From positions 348,988,454 to 349,052,453 of the forward strand of contig NC_133620.1 of NCBI RefSeq assembly GCF_048593235.1: a stretch of 64,000 bases of DNA, in the 5' to 3' direction. The stretch comes from Sminthopsis crassicaudata (Eukaryota). Every line of letters starts with the position of its first letter. Position 1 is the stretch's first letter. The notes beneath the pieces are model-generated. The model was not told the origin of the DNA. It made no database searches and was given only the letters and a program-made list of their open reading frames with translations. The translations under genes and the position numbers were made by a program. Shown one piece after another: positions 62,856 through 64,000 of the stretch.

Positions 62856-64000
62856 TTATCCCTTGTACTCCTTTCTGTTCTGGATTTTTCCCCTCCTTCC
62901 CCTCCGCTCCCTCCCCTAGATGGCAGGCATTCCCATACATATTAAATATCTTATAGTATATCCTAGGTACAATACATATGTGCAGAACTGAATTTTGTTG
63001 TTGTTATTGTTACAAAGGAAGAATTGTATTCTGAAGGTAAAAATAATCTGGGAAGAAAAACAAAAACAACAACAAAATAATAATAATGCTCACAGTTTAC
63101 CCTCATTTCCCAGTGTTCCTTTTCTGGATGTAGCTGATTCTGTACATCATTGATCAATTGGAATTAAACATTTTTTTTTTTTCAGCCCTAGAGATGAAGG
63201 TCATCAAGGCCAAGCTTCTCAATTTATAGAGATAGATAAGATAAGGAAAAAAACCTAAAGTTCAGAGAGATTAAATCATTTTCTTGCTCAGATCATCCAG
63301 CTACTAAATATCTTTATTTCTTGTTTTTGTTCCTAAAGGACTTCCACCAACTCCAGTCCAGCTCCTCTATCCTGTGTCCAGATTCAGCAATGTCAAGTCT
63401 CTCCAGCATCTTTGCCGCTTTCGGATCCGACAGCTTGTTCGGATAGATCACATCCCAGATCTTCCTTTACCGAAGTATGTTGGCATTTGGATTTGAGTAA
63501 TTTGGGGACTGTGGGAAAAGATAGAGCCTTGTCCTGATAATCTATTGGCTCAAATTGTGGAAATGGAGCTTGGTGTAAAGTGTTCTCAATTATCACCTTT
63601 TCCAGGTCTGTTTCTTCCTAACACCTGACTCTAGGACTGTGGTATGCATTCAAAAAATAAGGATATATGTGTATATAAAATTCTAAAGTCAGGTAGGGAA
63701 GAACATGGTAGGAATAATATTGGGACTCCTAAAGGAAGAAACCAGAGAAAGAACAATAGGTGAAAATATAGCAAGGAATCCTGTTAAGTCTGTATGAGGG
63801 ACATTTGAGAATAGTCTCCCTCATCTGTACAGGGACAGAGGAGGGGGAAAAGGAAAAAAACAACCTTATTTTTCTTATATTTATGTCTTTTATTATAATT
63901 GCTCCTGCCAATTCTGTATCCTAGGCCTCTGATCTCTTACATCAGAAAGTTCTACTACTATGATCCTCAAGAAGAAGTATATTTGTCCTTGAAGGAAGCG
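29010..64000 (+). CDS. SOCS7: SOCS7, 3'-partial: join(29010-30104 [frameshifted as assembled],38958-39022,41825-41929,42398-42499,43358-43488,44151-44319,46810-46938,63339-63474,63925->64000)
   Basis: Exons translate to SOCS7 sequence: [10 protein letters not shown]...[13 protein letters not shown]...[14 protein letters not shown]; SH2 domain [31 protein letters not shown]; SOCS box [15 protein letters not shown]...LPLPKPLISYI. All donors GT and acceptors AG; phases of exons 2-9 are consistent. Confidence 0.96.
30145..30582 (+). repeat. Polypyrimidine (CT-rich) tract at the start of SOCS7 intron 1
   Basis: Almost pure C/T for ~430 nt. Confidence 0.9.
33790..35560. mobile_element. Mosaic of old antisense L1 fragments, an L2 end (~34020-34210) and (TTCC)n (~34300-34340)
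   Basis: L1 3'-end-like and L2 tail motifs (gtccttgaggtcagggacc...aataaatgcttattgac); boundaries approximate. Confidence 0.6.
38958..39022 (+). CDS. SOCS7: SOCS7 exon 2, 65 nt
   Basis: ctcccag/G AAA CCC AGG... [21 protein letters not shown]; donor /gtaagc. Confidence 0.96.
39030..39695 (+). mobile_element. L2 LINE 3' portion immediately after SOCS7 exon 2
   Basis: ctactgccaccaccctag...aatgtaaattccatgagaagagggact...gaatatttgttgattgattg. Confidence 0.7.
41825..41929 (+). CDS. SOCS7: SOCS7 exon 3, 105 nt
   Basis: ttag/GT GAA ACG... [34 protein letters not shown]; donor /gtacag. Confidence 0.96.
42398..42499 (+). CDS. SOCS7: SOCS7 exon 4, 102 nt
   Basis: ttctag/AT GAT ATC... [34 protein letters not shown]; donor /gtcagc. 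Confidence 0.96.
43358..43488 (+). CDS. SOCS7: SOCS7 exon 5, 131 nt
   Basis: ctgcag/AT GCA TTT... [44 protein letters not shown]; donor /gtagga. Confidence 0.96.
43597..43777. mobile_element. hAT/Charlie-type MITE (181 bp) with TIRs and 8-bp TSD
   Basis: Ends caggggtttttaac / attaaggacccctg (imperfect TIR); TSD ctttaggt (43589-43596) / ctttagga (43778-43785). Confidence 0.85.
44151..44319 (+). CDS. SOCS7: SOCS7 exon 6, 169 nt (SH2 N-half)
   Basis: ttggtag/TGT GGT TGG... [56 protein letters not shown]; donor /gtaaga. Confidence 0.97.
44422..44570 (-). mobile_element. Full-length WSINE1-type SINE (SOCS7 intron 6)
   Basis: T-tail, gctgaggcaattggggttaagcgacttgcccagggtcacacagc...cacttcgccacctagct. 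Confidence 0.9.
46810..46938 (+). CDS. SOCS7: SOCS7 exon 7, 129 nt (SH2 C-half)
   Basis: gatag/GA ACT TTC... [43 protein letters not shown]; donor /gtaaga. Confidence 0.97.
46997..47560 (-). mobile_element. Old L1 3' end, antisense, at the start of SOCS7 intron 7
   Basis: T-tail, then ttcattttgcatcagtt...ttcagccatttcccaattgatggg. Confidence 0.8.
48994..50055 (-). mobile_element. Probable ERV LTR or LTR fragments
   Basis: ~1.06-kb block unlike the flanking L1; candidate TG...CA ends; minus-strand TATAAAAG (~49494-49501) upstream of AATAAA (~49266-49271); three gggaaccaaa-like repeats; no TSD found. Confidence 0.45.
50060..52930 (-). mobile_element. Old antisense L1 ORF2 and 3' fragments interrupted by a degenerate SINE (~51000-51155)
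   Basis: T-rich antisense L1 texture; L1 3' end with T-tail from ~52324. Confidence 0.7.
52966..53007. repeat. (GT)n microsatellite
   Basis: Read directly. Confidence 0.95.
53090..55560 (+). mobile_element. Old sense L1-like element: degraded ORF1, spacer, then L1 3' end with little ORF2
   Basis: A-rich ORF1-like text (aatataagaataattggactgcc...cattattgccaaatttt) and L1 3' motifs from ~55020. Confidence 0.6.
55898..57348 (-). mobile_element. Young 5'-truncated L1 (~1.45 kb, ORF2 C-terminus and 3'UTR) with perfect 13-bp TSD, inserted in an older antisense L1
   Basis: ORF 56345-56881 [19 protein letters not shown]...[18 protein letters not shown] (L1 ORF2 CCHC region); TSD ttgatttgaattt at 55885-55897 and 57349-57361. 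Confidence 0.95.
58790..59580 (+). mobile_element. L1 3' portion, sense
   Basis: atccagccattctggagagcaatttggaactatgc...ggtaaataaaaacta plus A-tail. Confidence 0.9.
59765..60020 (-). mobile_element. MAR1-type CORE-SINE with RTE/Bov-B-derived tail
   Basis: ttttcttggcaaagatac...gtggttggccatttccttctccagg followed by the CORE segment acagatgaagaaact and head ccatctagctgc. Confidence 0.8.
60340..61668 (-). mobile_element. Young 5'-truncated L1 (~1.3 kb)
   Basis: ORFs 61063-61413 and 60746-61081 are frameshifted L1 ORF2 C-terminus; imperfect TSD ttttctcttattctt / ttttctcttctttctt. Confidence 0.93.
62775..63163 (-). mobile_element. Young L1 3' end (~390 bp) with ~15-bp TSD, 175 nt upstream of SOCS7 exon 8
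   Basis: Same 3'UTR type as the 55898 copy; TSD ttaaacatttttttt at 62760-62774 and 63164-63178. Confidence 0.9.
63339..63474 (+). CDS. SOCS7: SOCS7 exon 8, 136 nt (SH2 end and SOCS box; not in ORF track)
   Basis: cctaaag/GA CTT CCA... [45 protein letters not shown](K); donor /gtatgt. Confidence 0.97.
63925..64000 (+). CDS. SOCS7: SOCS7 exon 9, truncated by window end
   Basis: atcctag/G CCT CTG... [25 protein letters not shown]. Confidence 0.96.

Noticed and set aside
56005-63157. ORFs of 64-178 aa in intron 7 as host exons
   Set aside because: They are L1 ORF2 C-terminus or L1 3'UTR translations.
29010-64000. SOCS7 as a true pseudogene
   Set aside because: Exons 2-9 are open with intact splice sites, and the defects are one-directional homopolymer insertions confined to the GC-extreme exon.
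1-64000. CRISPR arrays, tRNA/rRNA genes, prokaryote-like systems
   Set aside because: None seen. The tRNA-like A and B boxes belong to SINE heads, and the 48-nt and 165-nt repeats are in-frame coding duplications without spacers.

Overview
Eukaryotic DNA from a marsupial. The SINE and LINE complement (WSINE1-type and MAR1/MIR CORE-SINEs, young L1s) points to an Australian marsupial, probably a dasyuromorph; the species cannot be fixed from sequence alone. Two genes lie head-to-head, about 11.1 kb apart at their ATGs. GPR179 (- strand) is complete: 11 coding exons from 17880 to 1950, 7128 nt CDS, about 2375 aa. It is the class C-like ON-bipolar-cell GPCR, with a 5.1-kb last exon full of CPWE motifs. 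SOCS7 (+ strand) has exons 1-8 and the start of exon 9, from 29010 to beyond 64000. All splice sites were read directly and all phases join, with two exceptions: a GC donor on GPR179 intron 4, and at least 7 single-base insertions in G/C runs of SOCS7 exon 1 (most likely assembly error). The rest is repeat-rich, including TSD-bounded young L1 and SINE insertions, a hAT MITE, a probable LTR, a nested L1 stack in SOCS7 intron 7, and six N-gaps in the intergenic region. I found no evidence of a wholly new biological system. The best leads are: the GPR179 terminus reading P-stop-D-stop where a PWDW motif is expected; a 9-unit ~100-aa higher-order repeat with recent duplications in the GPR179 tail; the SOCS7 exon-1 frameshifts; and several candidate regulatory elements.
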